64,000 nucleotides of DNA from an uncultured Candidatus Saccharibacteria bacterium (GCA_964648765.1 CAZYLF010000001.1:12155-76154); one strand, 5' to 3'; counted from the stretch's first letter, positions 8,482-18,651 are shown. The notes: generated by a model not told the origin, from the sequence alone. Program-made: numbers and translations.

Positions 8482-10218
8482 TTATTTATAATCTAATCTT
8501 ACCTCGCTCACGCTCGGAGTGCTCACGCCATCACCAGTTAGGAAAATCTGATATTGGGCAAAACGATTACCATTTAAAATTTTTGGAATTAACGTGCCAC
8601 TTGCAAGTGTGAAGTAACTCCCTGCTCCGCTTGGTCCTTGCCAGGCGCTCCAGGTGCCAGGGCTCCCACCAGAATCTGGCGCCACCCGAATTTGAAATTC
8701 AGCTCTACATAGTGGGGAACAAACAGGAATAGTTTGAGTCCACTCAATTAACTCAATTGGCGAAACGCCAACCATATCAAAAATTGATGAAATTAAACTT
8801 CCGGAAGTTAAGTAACCGCCACCACTTAGACGGATAATCCGTCCGTTTGCCCCCACAGCAAAACCAGTGCTTCCATTTAATGAAATACCAAATAAATTAT
8901 TGGTCGCAGGGAGTGGTGAGTAAATAGCCCACGTGCTGCCGTTCCAGCGGTAAATATCTCCACCATTTCCAACCACAAAACCGGAAGACGGTGAGGAAAA
9001 GTGAACTTCATTCCACGTATGATTACCAGTGTCTACAAACTCGCTCCACACCGTACCATTCCAACGCAATATTTTCCCAGATGCACCGACCGCCCAAGCA
9101 TCAGTAGCCGAGGTAAATGCCACGCCATTTAGTGCATTGTTTACTGGTGAAGTGATGCTGGTCCACGTGCTACCATTATAGCGATAAATATCTCCACCAT
9201 TACCAACAACAAAACCAAGCGCGGGTGAAGCAAAGTCGACATCATTCCAAGCTTGATTTCCGGTGTCCACAAACTGAATCCAATTGTTACCATTCACCCA
9301 ACGTAAAATTTTTCCCGTGGCTCCCACAGCCCAAGCCTCACTGACCGAAACCATTTTCACCGAGTTTAAATTATTTGTTACTGGTGAGGTCATTACTGCC
9401 CAAGTGGATCCACCAGTAAAACGTCTAATTACCCCTCCATTACCGACCACAAAACCTGAGGTCCCTGAAAACATGCTGACGCCATTCCAGACGTCATTAC
9501 CAGTATCTTGAAAACTTGCCCAATTACTCCCATTAAGCCGGATTATGAATCCTGCATTACCCACCGCAAAACCAGAAGTGGGAGAAACAATTGAGACATC
9601 ATTTAAAGTTTGGGTTGTCGGCGAGGTGGTAGTCGCCCACACAAGTGGCGCGCCTTTAAGTCTCAACTCGCCGGGGTTTGCTACCGCTTCAATATTTCCG
9701 TTGTCACTCAGATAACGATTAGCGACTGACCAATTGGTTTGCCCCGAGCCTCCAGACCAATCAGTTTGGCTCCAACGCTTTGAATCCCAATTTGTAAGAC
9801 GCGAACGGCGGACCGCCTCGCTTGTTTGCCCCGGGCGTGGCGACCAAGACACTCGCACATCCACATCGCGAGTCCGGAGATCAACGGGAGTAAAATTAAT
9901 TGTCCTCGTAAGGCGACCACCGATCACCTCATTTGCTCCCTCACTCGTAAATGCCCAGACCCCAGTAGAACTTGAAACTGCCGTTTGACTGAAAGTTAAC
10001 TCATTCCAACCGCGATTTTTGATTGCCTTAACAGCCCCAAAGCCCTCATTGGCCAACATATCTGCTTCCAAATTATCTTGAGATTGCAAAGCCCCGCCCC
10101 CTCCACCAAGAGTAAGTGAGGCTAAACTTGAAGCGACGATTGCAAAAATTGCCAAAGCCAAAACAGCTTCAAGAATACTGGCTCCCGTTTTACTACTCTT
10201 TGAGACTTTTATAATCAT
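8482..10218 (-). CDS. minor pilin with beta-propeller repeat domain (putative adhesin)
   Basis: GASILEAVLALAIF prepilin signal; ~40-aa repeats with (A/G)(W/F)(A/V)VG..G.I.RWNG..W. Confidence 0.75.
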   Translation of the reverse strand: MIIKVSKSSKTGASILEAVLALAIFAIVASSLASLTLGGGGGALQSQDNLEADMLANEGFGAVKAIKNRGWNELTFSQTAVSSSTGVWAFTSEGANEVIGGRLTRTINFTPVDLRTRDVDVRVSWSPRPGQTSEAVRRSRLTNWDSKRWSQTDWSGGSGQTNWSVANRYLSDNGNIEAVANPGELRLKGAPLVWATTTSPTTQTLNDVSIVSPTSGFAVGNAGFIIRLNGSNWASFQDTGNDVWNGVSMFSGTSGFVVGNGGVIRRFTGGSTWAVMTSPVTNNLNSVKMVSVSEAWAVGATGKILRWVNGNNWIQFVDTGNQAWNDVDFASPALGFVVGNGGDIYRYNGSTWTSITSPVNNALNGVAFTSATDAWAVGASGKILRWNGTVWSEFVDTGNHTWNEVHFSSPSSGFVVGNGGDIYRWNGSTWAIYSPLPATNNLFGISLNGSTGFAVGANGRIIRLSGGGYLTSGSLISSIFDMVGVSPIELIEWTQTIPVCSPLCRAEFQIRVAPDSGGSPGTWSAWQGPSGAGSYFTLASGTLIPKILNGNRFAQYQIFLTGDGVSTPSVSEVRLDYK

Positions 10219-10685
10219 TCAATATATATTCTGCCAAACTTAGCAATCGTCACTGTAGCAACTTGCCCAACTTGATCACTAAAAATAATTTGCCCTAAAA
10301 CGCTTGGCTCACCTGAGCCATAACTAAAATTAATAATATTATTTGAAAGGTTTGAACTTAAAGAAATGTTTGAATTTAAATTTGTGATCTGACTACCAGG
10401 ACTTATTGTATATGAATCTGGACCAATGGGGTTGATGTTTAAAGTTACGCTATGATGGACACCGCTCACTGCAACTTGCGTACGCATTTTGGCCATACTT
10501 AATTGCTCCGCAAATGTCCGCGCCACCTCACTCAAACTCTCTTTAGGAAATAAATTTCCGTAAATAGGCAAAGCCACAATTAAAAGTAAGATCGTAATTG
10601 CCAGAGTGATTAAGACCTCAACTAAAGTAAATCCTTTATCTTTTGATATTTCCGGTGATTTCATAAATTGGGGTGATGATCGCAA
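10215..10685 (-). CDS. minor pilin (FimT/GspH-like)
   Basis: KGFTLVEVLITLAI; true start probably downstream of the annotated one. Confidence 0.8.
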   Translation of the reverse strand: MRSSPQFMKSPEISKDKGFTLVEVLITLAITILLLIVALPIYGNLFPKESLSEVARTFAEQLSMAKMRTQVAVSGVHHSVTLNINPIGPDSYTISPGSQITNLNSNISLSSNLSNNIINFSYGSGEPSVLGQIIFSDQVGQVATVTIAKFGRIYIE

Positions 10686-11697
10686 GCGCTAAACCCGCCA
10701 CCACCAAACCAATTAAGAGGAGCATGGCTGGCTCAATAGTGGTAGAAAGATTTTTGGTAGTCTTATTAAGTTCAAGTTCATAAAAATCACTTAGGTAAAA
10801 TAGAGTTTCTTCAAACTTGCCTGACTCCTCACTCACGCGGATCATCCGCGTGAGCATCACGGGGAAAAGTTTAGGGAATTCTGCCAGCGCTTCAGAGAGT
10901 CTTCCGCCACCAGAAACGCGTGCCGCTGCGCGCTTAATTGCCAATTTATAATAATAATTATTAATTGAGCGTTCGCTTGTAGTGAGAGACTCCACCGCGT
11001 TTTGACCACTCTTAAGGAGTGAGCCGAGGCTGCGGGTAAAGCGCGCTAAGTTTAATGCGCGCGTGGCCGGACCAATAATTGGTAAACGAACAAACAAAAA
11101 ATGAGTAACAGGGTAAATAAACTTTTGTCGTAAAAACCAAATTAAAAAAATAATTAAAGCAATGAGGCCGGTGAAAATTTGCCAGCCGTAATTGTCCATC
11201 AAGTTTGAAAAATAGATGAGCGCACGAGTACTAAATGGCAAAGTAACTTTAAGACCCTGAAAGAGCGGCACAATTTTAGGTAGCACTAAAAATGATAGGG
11301 CTAAACCTAAAATAAAAGTGATTATTAAAACCGCAATTGGGTAAACCATCGCGCCCTTAACCTTGCTTGAAAGCTCGCGCTCCTTCTCTAACTCTTTGGC
11401 GATATTTTCTAAATTGTCGGCCAGTGTGCCTGATGACTCCCCCACGTAAACCGTGTTAATAAATAGTCCAGAAAAAACTTTAGGGTAGGCGCCAAGCGCA
11501 CCTGAAAAAGTTTGGCCCGACTCCACAGCGTGTAAAACATTTTTTAAAATACTTTGGAGTTTACCTTGTGATGAATCTACCGATACTGCGAGCGCATCAG
11601 TGAGTGTGAGCCCCGAGCGAAGCTCAAGCGAAAGTTGTTTGGCCAAAAGTGCTTTGTCCGTTAAACTAACACGCCCCCAAGAAAGATCTTTGCTCAT
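10636..11697 (-). CDS. pilC: type II secretion system F / PilC platform protein
   Basis: VGESSGTL, GAMVYP, TIEPAMLL, IITPIY. Confidence 0.92.
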   Translation of the reverse strand: MSKDLSWGRVSLTDKALLAKQLSLELRSGLTLTDALAVSVDSSQGKLQSILKNVLHAVESGQTFSGALGAYPKVFSGLFINTVYVGESSGTLADNLENIAKELEKERELSSKVKGAMVYPIAVLIITFILGLALSFLVLPKIVPLFQGLKVTLPFSTRALIYFSNLMDNYGWQIFTGLIALIIFLIWFLRQKFIYPVTHFLFVRLPIIGPATRALNLARFTRSLGSLLKSGQNAVESLTTSERSINNYYYKLAIKRAAARVSGGGRLSEALAEFPKLFPVMLTRMIRVSEESGKFEETLFYLSDFYELELNKTTKNLSTTIEPAMLLLIGLVVAGLALAIITPIYEITGNIKR

Positions 11698-11745
11698 CCT
11701 CTAATTCTACCACGCCAAAATTTAAAATAGAGAAAAAGTGTTAAA

Positions 11746-11778
11746 AAAGAAAAGCTGTGCCCTTTTGAGCACAGCTTC
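11746..11778 (-). terminator. hairpin/terminator after orphan gene
   Basis: aagctgtgc...gcacagctt inverted repeat with adjacent A-rich run. Confidence 0.6.
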
Positions 11779-11802
11779 CAATGTTTACGTTTTGGAATAC
11801 GT

Positions 11803-12438
11803 TTATTTTTTATTGGGAAAGCGAAGAACGGGATTAGCGTCGCCACACAAAAGTCTGAGCTGGCGCAAGCGGAACACAACAATATCACTGGTCTCGTAGA
11901 GACAAGGAACGATCAGGCTGTTGTCCTCATCCCGCGCCACTGATTTCCAGGCATAGATCTCCTGGCGATTGAAATGCTCTCGGAAGAACTTAGTGCCCCG
12001 TTTCTTGATTTCCTCAAGATCGCGAAAGTTAAGACAACTCTCAAGCATATTTTGAGTCTTGATATGCTCGTAGAGATTGAGGCCTCCTATCGACTTATTT
12101 CCCTTCTGCTCCTCATGGAGCCAGCGTTCGAGTTTGAGAACATCAAACTCCTCAGGTCCAGCCTTCTCAAGCTCTGGATGAATAACTTCCTTCACCGATA
12201 AAGAATAGACGGGAGCTACAGTACGATCAACATAGATAATAGAGCTTGAATTTTTTCGGTTCTTTTTGGTAGGAGTTGTAACTTGAACCTTGGGCCAACA
12301 GGTTTCGCCACGAGCAAACTTTCGAAGCTCCTTTTTCCACCTTTCTCCATCAGTACCCGCCATGTTGACGAGGATTTGATTAAAGGTCCCCGCCTCCTCC
12401 CCCATAATTTGGAGTGCCTTGCTGAGCGTGCTATTCAC
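11803..12438 (-). CDS. CPR hypothetical protein resembling DGR variable (CLec-like) proteins
   Basis: KELRKFARGETCW N-terminal motif; C-terminal AWKSV...VPCL...NPVLRF; own SD AAGGAG, promoter and terminator. Confidence 0.55.
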   Translation of the reverse strand: MNSTLSKALQIMGEEAGTFNQILVNMAGTDGERWKKELRKFARGETCWPKVQVTTPTKKNRKNSSSIIYVDRTVAPVYSLSVKEVIHPELEKAGPEEFDVLKLERWLHEEQKGNKSIGGLNLYEHIKTQNMLESCLNFRDLEEIKKRGTKFFREHFNRQEIYAWKSVARDEDNSLIVPCLYETSDIVVFRLRQLRLLCGDANPVLRFPNKK

Positions 12439-12516
12439 GGTCAGTCTCCTTTGTGAAAAACCTTTATTTTCGAGCCCGGGCTTATATAACCCAGCACAAC
12501 CCGAAGACTAACCATA

Positions 12517-12545
12517 TTATAAATGAAAAAATGTGAAAAAGTCAA
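12517..12545 (-). promoter_or_regulatory. sigma70-type promoter
   Basis: minus strand TTGACT-N17-TATAAT. Confidence 0.7.
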
Positions 12546-12548
12546 GTT

Positions 12549-14240
12549 TTACACCCTAATTACCCGGAGAACTTCTTGGAGAGTGGTGGTGCCATCGAGG
12601 GCTTTGGTGATGCCATCTTCGAGCATCGTGCTCATACTCTCCGATTCAGCCACCTTAAGCACCTCGCCTGAAGACGCGCGTGCCACCACCAGCTCCTTAA
12701 TTTTTTCTGTCATTTCAAGAACTTCAAAGATTCCCACTCGCCCGTTGAAGCCAGTGTGATTACACACGTCACAGCCCGCACCTTTATAAAAAGTAATCCC
12801 CTCTAATTTTTTATAACCATTTTCCACAAAAATCTTTTTTAAATGCTCATCGTGATCAATTAACTTTTTTTCTTCATCAGAAATTTCATATGACTCACGA
12901 CAACGACTGCAAATTTTGCGCACCAAGCGTTGAGCAATCACCACATTAACTGTGGAAGCTACTAAAAACGGTTCCACCTTCATATCAAGTAAACGTGGCA
13001 AAGTGGTTGGAGCATCGTTGGCGTGCAAAGTTGAGAGCACCAAGTGCCCCGTCATCGCAGAATTAACCGCAATGCTCGCCGTTTCTTCATCTCTAATTTC
13101 TCCTACCATAATAATGTCTGGGTCCTGACGCACGATTGATCGAAGCCCAGAGGCAAAAGTTAAATTAGCTTTAGTGTTTACTTGAATTTGACTCACGCCT
13201 TTAATTTCATATTCCACCGGATCCTCGATGGTGGAAATGTGCACTTCGCGAGTATTTAAAATTTTCATCACCGCGTACACAGTGGTGGTTTTACCCGAAC
13301 CGGTTGGACCGGTCACCAAGATCATGCCGTGAGGATTATCAATCGCACTTTTTACCTTGGCCATATCACCCTCTCTTAAACCCAGATCAGTGAGAGTAAA
13401 GCGGCGACTTTCTTCTGAAAGAATACGCATCACCACGTTCTCACCTGTGGTCACTGGCAAAATTGAAACACGCACATCAATGGGACTATTTTGTGAAGTA
13501 AATTGCAGTTTACCGTCTTGAGCCGTCATATGCTCATCAATGCGCAAGCGCGCCATCACTTTAATGCGACTCACTAAAGTTTCTTCAAGTGTCACAGGCA
13601 AAGTGAGCATGTCGTGCATCACTCCATCAATCCGAAAGCGGAGTAATATTTTCTCGCGTGAAGGCTCTAAGTGAATATCTGAAGCCCGAGATTGATAACC
13701 GTACTGGAGAATAGCGTCCACGGTTTTTACCGCTACTTCATTTTGTTCGTCTTTGGTTAAGTTTCCACCAAGTTTAGCCACCAATGCTAAAAGCTCATCT
13801 TTAATCCCGCCACGATAATTTTGCAAAGCCTCCTTGAGCCCACGCGGAGTAATATAAAAAACGTTAACAGGTTCACCCAGCCGCTTTTCAATCGCGTGTC
13901 GCGCCTCCACATTATTTGGATCCACCATCCCCACCTTCACCCCACTCTCCCCTCTACTAAGTGCTACGGCACCAAACTCTCGCGCCACCATCTCCGGGAT
14001 CATCATTAAAACTTCTGGTTCAACTTTTTCTTGTGCAATATCCAAAAAGCGTGAGTTTAAACTTTCCGCCAATAATTTTCCTAACTGTTCATCTTTAATT
14101 AAATCGTGATCTACGAGTACCTCCACCAAATCGCGCCCACTCGCCTCACTGTCAGTAACCGCCACAGTAAAATCCTCTTCTTTAATTAATCCTGGCACCA
14201 CCAGTAACTCCTTTAATTCTTCCGCTCTTTTCACCATCAC
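12549..14240 (-). CDS. pilB: type IV pilus assembly ATPase PilB/GspE (copy 1)
   Basis: ASDIHLEP, Walker A GPTGSGKTT, RQDPDIIMVGEIRD, TGHLVLSTLHAN, CxxC pairs. Confidence 0.93.
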   Translation of the reverse strand: MMVKRAEELKELLVVPGLIKEEDFTVAVTDSEASGRDLVEVLVDHDLIKDEQLGKLLAESLNSRFLDIAQEKVEPEVLMMIPEMVAREFGAVALSRGESGVKVGMVDPNNVEARHAIEKRLGEPVNVFYITPRGLKEALQNYRGGIKDELLALVAKLGGNLTKDEQNEVAVKTVDAILQYGYQSRASDIHLEPSREKILLRFRIDGVMHDMLTLPVTLEETLVSRIKVMARLRIDEHMTAQDGKLQFTSQNSPIDVRVSILPVTTGENVVMRILSEESRRFTLTDLGLREGDMAKVKSAIDNPHGMILVTGPTGSGKTTTVYAVMKILNTREVHISTIEDPVEYEIKGVSQIQVNTKANLTFASGLRSIVRQDPDIIMVGEIRDEETASIAVNSAMTGHLVLSTLHANDAPTTLPRLLDMKVEPFLVASTVNVVIAQRLVRKICSRCRESYEISDEEKKLIDHDEHLKKIFVENGYKKLEGITFYKGAGCDVCNHTGFNGRVGIFEVLEMTEKIKELVVARASSGEVLKVAESESMSTMLEDGITKALDGTTTLQEVLRVIRV

Positions 14241-14241
14241 T

Positions 14242-14619
14242 TTATTTTAAATATGTTTTCATTTTATCTACCACCTCGCCCATCTGCACGTCTGACTTTA
14301 CTAAATAATCCACCGCGCCAAGATTTTTAGCCTTCTCACGATCTGACTCCTGACCCAAATTTGAAAGAACCACTACTGGGATCTTAGCTAAATCTGCATC
14401 GAGTTTTAAAGCTTCAAGCACCTGAAAACCGGTCCGTTGGGGCATAATTAAATCAAGGAGAATAATGTCTGGATGCTCTTGAGTAATTAAATTAATGGCC
14501 TCCAAACCATTTGGCGCCTTAACCACCTGAAAACCCTCACGCTCAAGCTTGTCGCCAAGCGCCACAGAGAGAAATTTGTCATCCTCAGCCAAAAGAACCT
14601 TGTATTTTGCCTTTTCCAT
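14242..14619 (-). CDS. single-domain response regulator (receiver)
   Basis: LAEDD, DIILLDLIMP, DYLVK. Confidence 0.92.
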   Translation of the reverse strand: MEKAKYKVLLAEDDKFLSVALGDKLEREGFQVVKAPNGLEAINLITQEHPDIILLDLIMPQRTGFQVLEALKLDADLAKIPVVVLSNLGQESDREKAKNLGAVDYLVKSDVQMGEVVDKMKTYLK

Positions 14620-14636
14620 AAACCTTATAATAACAG

Positions 14637-15767
14637 TTAGGAGAGCGCTCGGCTACCTGTTTTACGCTCCATCCCCGAGAGGGGTAGGGTGACGTAAAAA
14701 GTGGTGCCCTTGCCCTCGAGTGAGTCAAACCAAATCTTGCCGCCAGAATTCTCTACGATTGATTTAATTATATAAAGCCCTAAGCCCGTGCCCTCAGCGT
14801 CGGTTTCTCTAATATTGTCGGCGCGGAAGAGTTTGGTAAAAATCTTCTTTTGATCGTTAGTGGGGATACCATAACCTGAATCACCTACTCTGATCAGCAA
14901 AAATTCATCGGCCAAACTTATGGCAATCGTCACCAAACCATCTTGGGGTGTGTATTTAATTGCGTTAGAAAGTAAATTTTGGAAAATCATCCGCGCAAGT
15001 TTTTGATCCAGATTAACTTTAGGCACATCTGGGGCATAAACTTTTTCAAGCTTAATTTTTTTAGCTTCCACGGCTGGAGCAAGCTCAGTGAGCACGCTCT
15101 CAGCCAGCTCACTCACATTGGTAGGCTCTGGCTCCACCAAAAAAGTACCAAGCTCCAAACGCGATACGTTTAATAATGAGTTAACTAAATCCACCATCCG
15201 TTTATTGGAATCTGAAAGATTTTTTAAATATTCTTTTTGTTTATCATTTAAACCGCCAACCTCTTGGCTCAACATCGCCTCGGCATACCAACCAATTGCC
15301 GAAAGTGGAGTTTTAAGTTGATGCGATGCAAGCGAAACGAATTCTGTTTTGGCCCGATCCACATCACGCTCTTTAGTAATATCACGGAAAAGTAAAATTG
15401 CCCCAGTAACTTCTGCTTTTTCTAAAAGTGGCGCGGCCATTAATGAAACTGGGTAAATTTGGTCTTGGCGATTTTTGAGTGAAATGTTGTCGAGCAGCGT
15501 GAAAGTGATAATGTTTTTATCAATCATCGCGCGCTCATGAGGTGTTTCAGTTTGCGGAATATCCTTGCCGTCTTTTTGCAAAAATAAAATCTCGTGGATA
15601 TTTTTGCCCATCGCCTCGGCCGGAGAAAGACGGAGCAAAATGCCCGCGGCTTGGTTCATGATTATTACCTTCCGAGAAGTGTCCACCGCAATTAAACCTT
15701 CCGCCATAGAAGAAAGGATGGCGTTTAATTGGTCTTGTCGAGCATGAACTTCATCCATTTGGCTCAT
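14637..15767 (-). CDS. cytoplasmic PAS-domain histidine kinase
   Basis: PAS (MNQAA...LLFRDIT), H-box SHQLKTPL, N-box NLLSNAIKY, G-boxes DSGYGI, GTGLGL; no TM segment. Confidence 0.92.
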   Translation of the reverse strand: MSQMDEVHARQDQLNAILSSMAEGLIAVDTSRKVIIMNQAAGILLRLSPAEAMGKNIHEILFLQKDGKDIPQTETPHERAMIDKNIITFTLLDNISLKNRQDQIYPVSLMAAPLLEKAEVTGAILLFRDITKERDVDRAKTEFVSLASHQLKTPLSAIGWYAEAMLSQEVGGLNDKQKEYLKNLSDSNKRMVDLVNSLLNVSRLELGTFLVEPEPTNVSELAESVLTELAPAVEAKKIKLEKVYAPDVPKVNLDQKLARMIFQNLLSNAIKYTPQDGLVTIAISLADEFLLIRVGDSGYGIPTNDQKKIFTKLFRADNIRETDAEGTGLGLYIIKSIVENSGGKIWFDSLEGKGTTFYVTLPLSGMERKTGSRALS

Positions 15768-15785
15768 TATAGCCTACGCGCGAGC

Positions 15786-15830
15786 AAAAAAAAATGCGCC
15801 CCGATCCAAAAGCTTGGACCAGGGCGCGGG
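15786..15830 (-). terminator. intrinsic terminator
   Basis: gcgccc..tcca/tgga..gggcgc hairpin preceded by A8. Confidence 0.55.
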
Positions 15831-15838
15831 TTTTCTTG

Positions 15839-16099
15839 TTAGAAAAGCAACAATTGCTTTTCTTTCACTACCGGAGCCGGCGGTTGTGGGGGGAGACATT
15901 TCACCCAACGATCAGTGACCCGAACACGCAAACCACAACGTGCCCTTGCCTCACGAGATGTCTTGCCCAAAACAACAAATATCGCGTTTTCAACAGCCTT
16001 GTCTCGGGTAGGGGCGTTGGTGTCGTGTTCGGCATATTGCTCCTGACCGTTCACAGTCCAGGCCAACTCAACGTGAAATTGATACGGCTTCCGTGCCAT
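15839..16099 (-). CDS. small hypothetical protein
   Basis: strong SD AAAGGAGG upstream; own terminator. Confidence 0.65.
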   Translation of the reverse strand: MARKPYQFHVELAWTVNGQEQYAEHDTNAPTRDKAVENAIFVVLGKTSREARARCGLRVRVTDRWVKCLPPQPPAPVVKEKQLLLF

Positions 16100-16193
16100 A
16101 CGGCACCTCCTTTCTAAAATAGTGATATTTCGAAGTGCTACCTATCTACTATTATATCACTAAATGAGAAAAAAGCAAGTAGCCAAAAGACCC

Positions 16194-16643
16194 TTATTCT
16201 TGATCGTGGATATCAAAATACGTCTCGCCACCATCAAACGCTCTGAAAGCAAGTTTGCACATATAAAAGATTGGTTCGGGCAACTCATCCAAATCGTACC
16301 AACCCCAACCCTCGCACTTGTTTGGCTCAAGCACTTGGGGCTCGCCACTCTCCCACTCGGCAGTCAGACCAATGTGCACATAATGCTTCGGCATGTATCT
16401 GATGATGTTGGCGAGATATTGAAACCGGATATTTTTTACCTTTATCCCAGCTTCTTCAGCAATCTCACGCACAATGCAACTGAGAAATGACTCGCCGTAC
16501 TCCAAGTGCCCACCAGGGAAGGAATACTCGCCCGCGCCATGCGAGCCTTTGCGTTTTCCGAGCAAAACCTTGCCGTCTTTAAAGATCATAATACCCACCC
16601 CAGCCTTGGGGTGACCACCGACAATTTGAATTTGTTTTTCCAT
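16194..16643 (-). CDS. Nudix hydrolase (MutT/NUDT15-like)
   Basis: FPGGHLEYGE...REIAEEAGI Nudix box; EPNKCEGWGW. Confidence 0.9.
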   Translation of the reverse strand: MEKQIQIVGGHPKAGVGIMIFKDGKVLLGKRKGSHGAGEYSFPGGHLEYGESFLSCIVREIAEEAGIKVKNIRFQYLANIIRYMPKHYVHIGLTAEWESGEPQVLEPNKCEGWGWYDLDELPEPIFYMCKLAFRAFDGGETYFDIHDQE

Positions 16644-16718
16644 ATTTATTCCTTTCCTAAAAATTTACCTAAGCTCAAACTACATTAAATATATAAAAAA
16701 TCAAGCCTGTGCCTAAAG

Positions 16719-17279
16719 TTATTTAACTAAATTAATAAAATTATTAAAAATTTCATCCCCGCAAGTTTTTTCTAAGAACATTTCAGGGTGAAATTGTACC
16801 CCATATATTGGTTTTGTTTTGTGTTTAAAGGCCTCTATTCCATCTCTTGAACTCGCAATGGCAACTAACTCGCCTAGAGGTTCACGAACAACCCATCTAT
16901 GACTCTCAAAAACCTTGAAGTTAGGGATGTTCTCGAATATTAATTCTGGTTTGATTATTTCAATCTCGATAACTCCCTGCTCTTTTTTCCGCATAAGCTC
17001 TAGCGTTGCGCCAAACACATGAGCAATAACTTCAAAACCAAAACAAATTCCAAAAATTGGTAACTGTGTTCTCCCCACAAAATCAATTTCTTCTTTCAAT
17101 TTTTCAACATTCCCCTTTACAGGAAAATCGTGACCGCCAGAAAGAACTACGGCATCAAAGTTGTTTCTATCAACAAGACCAATCTCAGAATATTTGATAA
17201 TTTCAAAAGTATGGCCCTTTAGGAGATTTGTTAACTGGGACAAATAGCTCGTTCCATTATCAATTAAAAGTAATCTCAT
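16719..17279 (-). CDS. class I glutamine amidotransferase
   Basis: IDNG, PIFGICFG, YGVQFHPE catalytic triad motifs. Confidence 0.88.
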   Translation of the reverse strand: MRLLLIDNGTSYLSQLTNLLKGHTFEIIKYSEIGLVDRNNFDAVVLSGGHDFPVKGNVEKLKEEIDFVGRTQLPIFGICFGFEVIAHVFGATLELMRKKEQGVIEIEIIKPELIFENIPNFKVFESHRWVVREPLGELVAIASSRDGIEAFKHKTKPIYGVQFHPEMFLEKTCGDEIFNNFINLVK

Positions 17280-17289
17280 TTGCTAATTG

Positions 17290-17373
17290 TGCGCGGGAGA
17301 GGATTTGAACCTCCAAGCCCGTGAGGGCGCTACCACCTCAAGGTAGTGCGTCTGCCAATTTCGCCACCCGCGC
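17290..17373 (-). tRNA. tRNA-Leu(GAG)
   Basis: anticodon arm CTACC-TTGAGGT-GGTAG; long variable arm. Confidence 0.93.
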
Positions 17374-17394
17374 TTACTGGGGATTATAGCAGAG

Positions 17395-17787
17395 CTAGCT
17401 CGTAACTTCAGCTACTTCCTCAGCTTTATTTTCAGCCACATGTTTAGTTTTGCGGCGGATTTCTTTAGCGGTTTTGGCACGGATGTAATAGAGTTTTGAG
17501 CGACGAGTTTTTGAGCGCTTAACCAATTCAATTTTATCAATCACTGGAGAATAAAGTGGGAAGATTTTCTCCATCCCTACACCTGAGGCAGTCTTACGTA
17601 CAGTAAAAGTGGCACCTGCTTCACGGCCGTGTTTACGAGCAATTACTAGACCTTCAAAAAGCTGGAGGCGAGACTTCTCCCCTTCCACAATTTTTTGCCA
17701 CACCTTAATAGTGTCACCAGAACGGAAGTCTAAACCCGCCCGGGTGTCTCGGTCTACTGATGAAATCTTAAAATTCGCGGTTGTCAT
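17395..17787 (-). CDS. rplS: 50S ribosomal protein L19
   Basis: FRSGDTIKV, RLQLFEGLVI, TFTVRK, RRSKLYYIR; start moved to MTTANF. Confidence 0.95.
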   Translation of the reverse strand: MTTANFKISSVDRDTRAGLDFRSGDTIKVWQKIVEGEKSRLQLFEGLVIARKHGREAGATFTVRKTASGVGMEKIFPLYSPVIDKIELVKRSKTRRSKLYYIRAKTAKEIRRKTKHVAENKAEEVAEVTS

Positions 17788-17800
17788 ATAAGCAGGCAAT

Positions 17801-18529
17801 TTAGCACATCCCTTTAAGATAATCAATGGTCGCGAGCATATCCTTAGGCAAAGGTGCCTCAAACGTCATTTGCCCCGCTTCTTTAGTGCTAAAACGTATT
17901 GAAGAGGCGTGCAGGGCTTGCCTCGTAATTGTGGGAACAGTGGGTGAATTAGTGGAAGAATATAATGCATCGCCAGCAATGGGGTAACCAATGGCTTTAA
18001 GATGCGCTCGGAGCTGATGAGTGCGGCCAGTCTTAGGAAAAAGATTTAGCAAAGTAAATCCTTTATATTTTTCCGCAACCTCATATCGAGTAATCGCCTC
18101 GCGGAGCTTACCGTGAGCTTGAGCACTCGCCACGCGCTTGCGCGGATCATTTTTACTCCTCCCGATTGGCAAATCGATCACACCCTTATCCTTTTTTACT
18201 TCACCAATCACAATCGCTTGGTAAGTTTTCTCTACTTCGTGATTTTTAAATTTCTCTTTCAGTTCTAAAAATGTCGGTTGATTTTTAGCAATCACCAAAA
18301 CTCCGCTCGTGTCTTTATCTAACCGGTGCACAATCCCCGGGCGGGAAATTTTGGTGCCATTTGCAAGAATCATATCCTCCCCCACTCCTTCAACTTGCGG
18401 ATAATTTTTAATTATCCAATCAGTGAGAGTTGAGGCAACATTAAATCCATCTGGATGCACCGACAAACCCGCCGGCTTATTTATTACCAGCAAATTCTCG
18501 TCTTCAAAAATTATAGGAATTTCAGGCAT
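17801..18529 (-). CDS. RluA/RluD family pseudouridine synthase
   Basis: INKPAGLSVHP, HRLDKDTSG, TGRTHQLR, GDALY. Confidence 0.93.
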   Translation of the reverse strand: MPEIPIIFEDENLLVINKPAGLSVHPDGFNVASTLTDWIIKNYPQVEGVGEDMILANGTKISRPGIVHRLDKDTSGVLVIAKNQPTFLELKEKFKNHEVEKTYQAIVIGEVKKDKGVIDLPIGRSKNDPRKRVASAQAHGKLREAITRYEVAEKYKGFTLLNLFPKTGRTHQLRAHLKAIGYPIAGDALYSSTNSPTVPTITRQALHASSIRFSTKEAGQMTFEAPLPKDMLATIDYLKGMC

Positions 18530-18575
18530 AGAGTGATTGAAAAATACTAGCAGATAAGCTATTGTAAGCAATAAC

Positions 18576-18651
18576 GCACGCTTAGCTCAGTTGGTAGAGC
18601 AACCCGTTTACACCGGGTAGGTCGTAGGTTCAAGTCCTACAGCGTGCACCA
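18576..18651 (+). tRNA. tRNA-Val(TAC)
   Basis: anticodon arm ACCCG-TTTACAC-CGGGT; CCA encoded. Confidence 0.95.
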
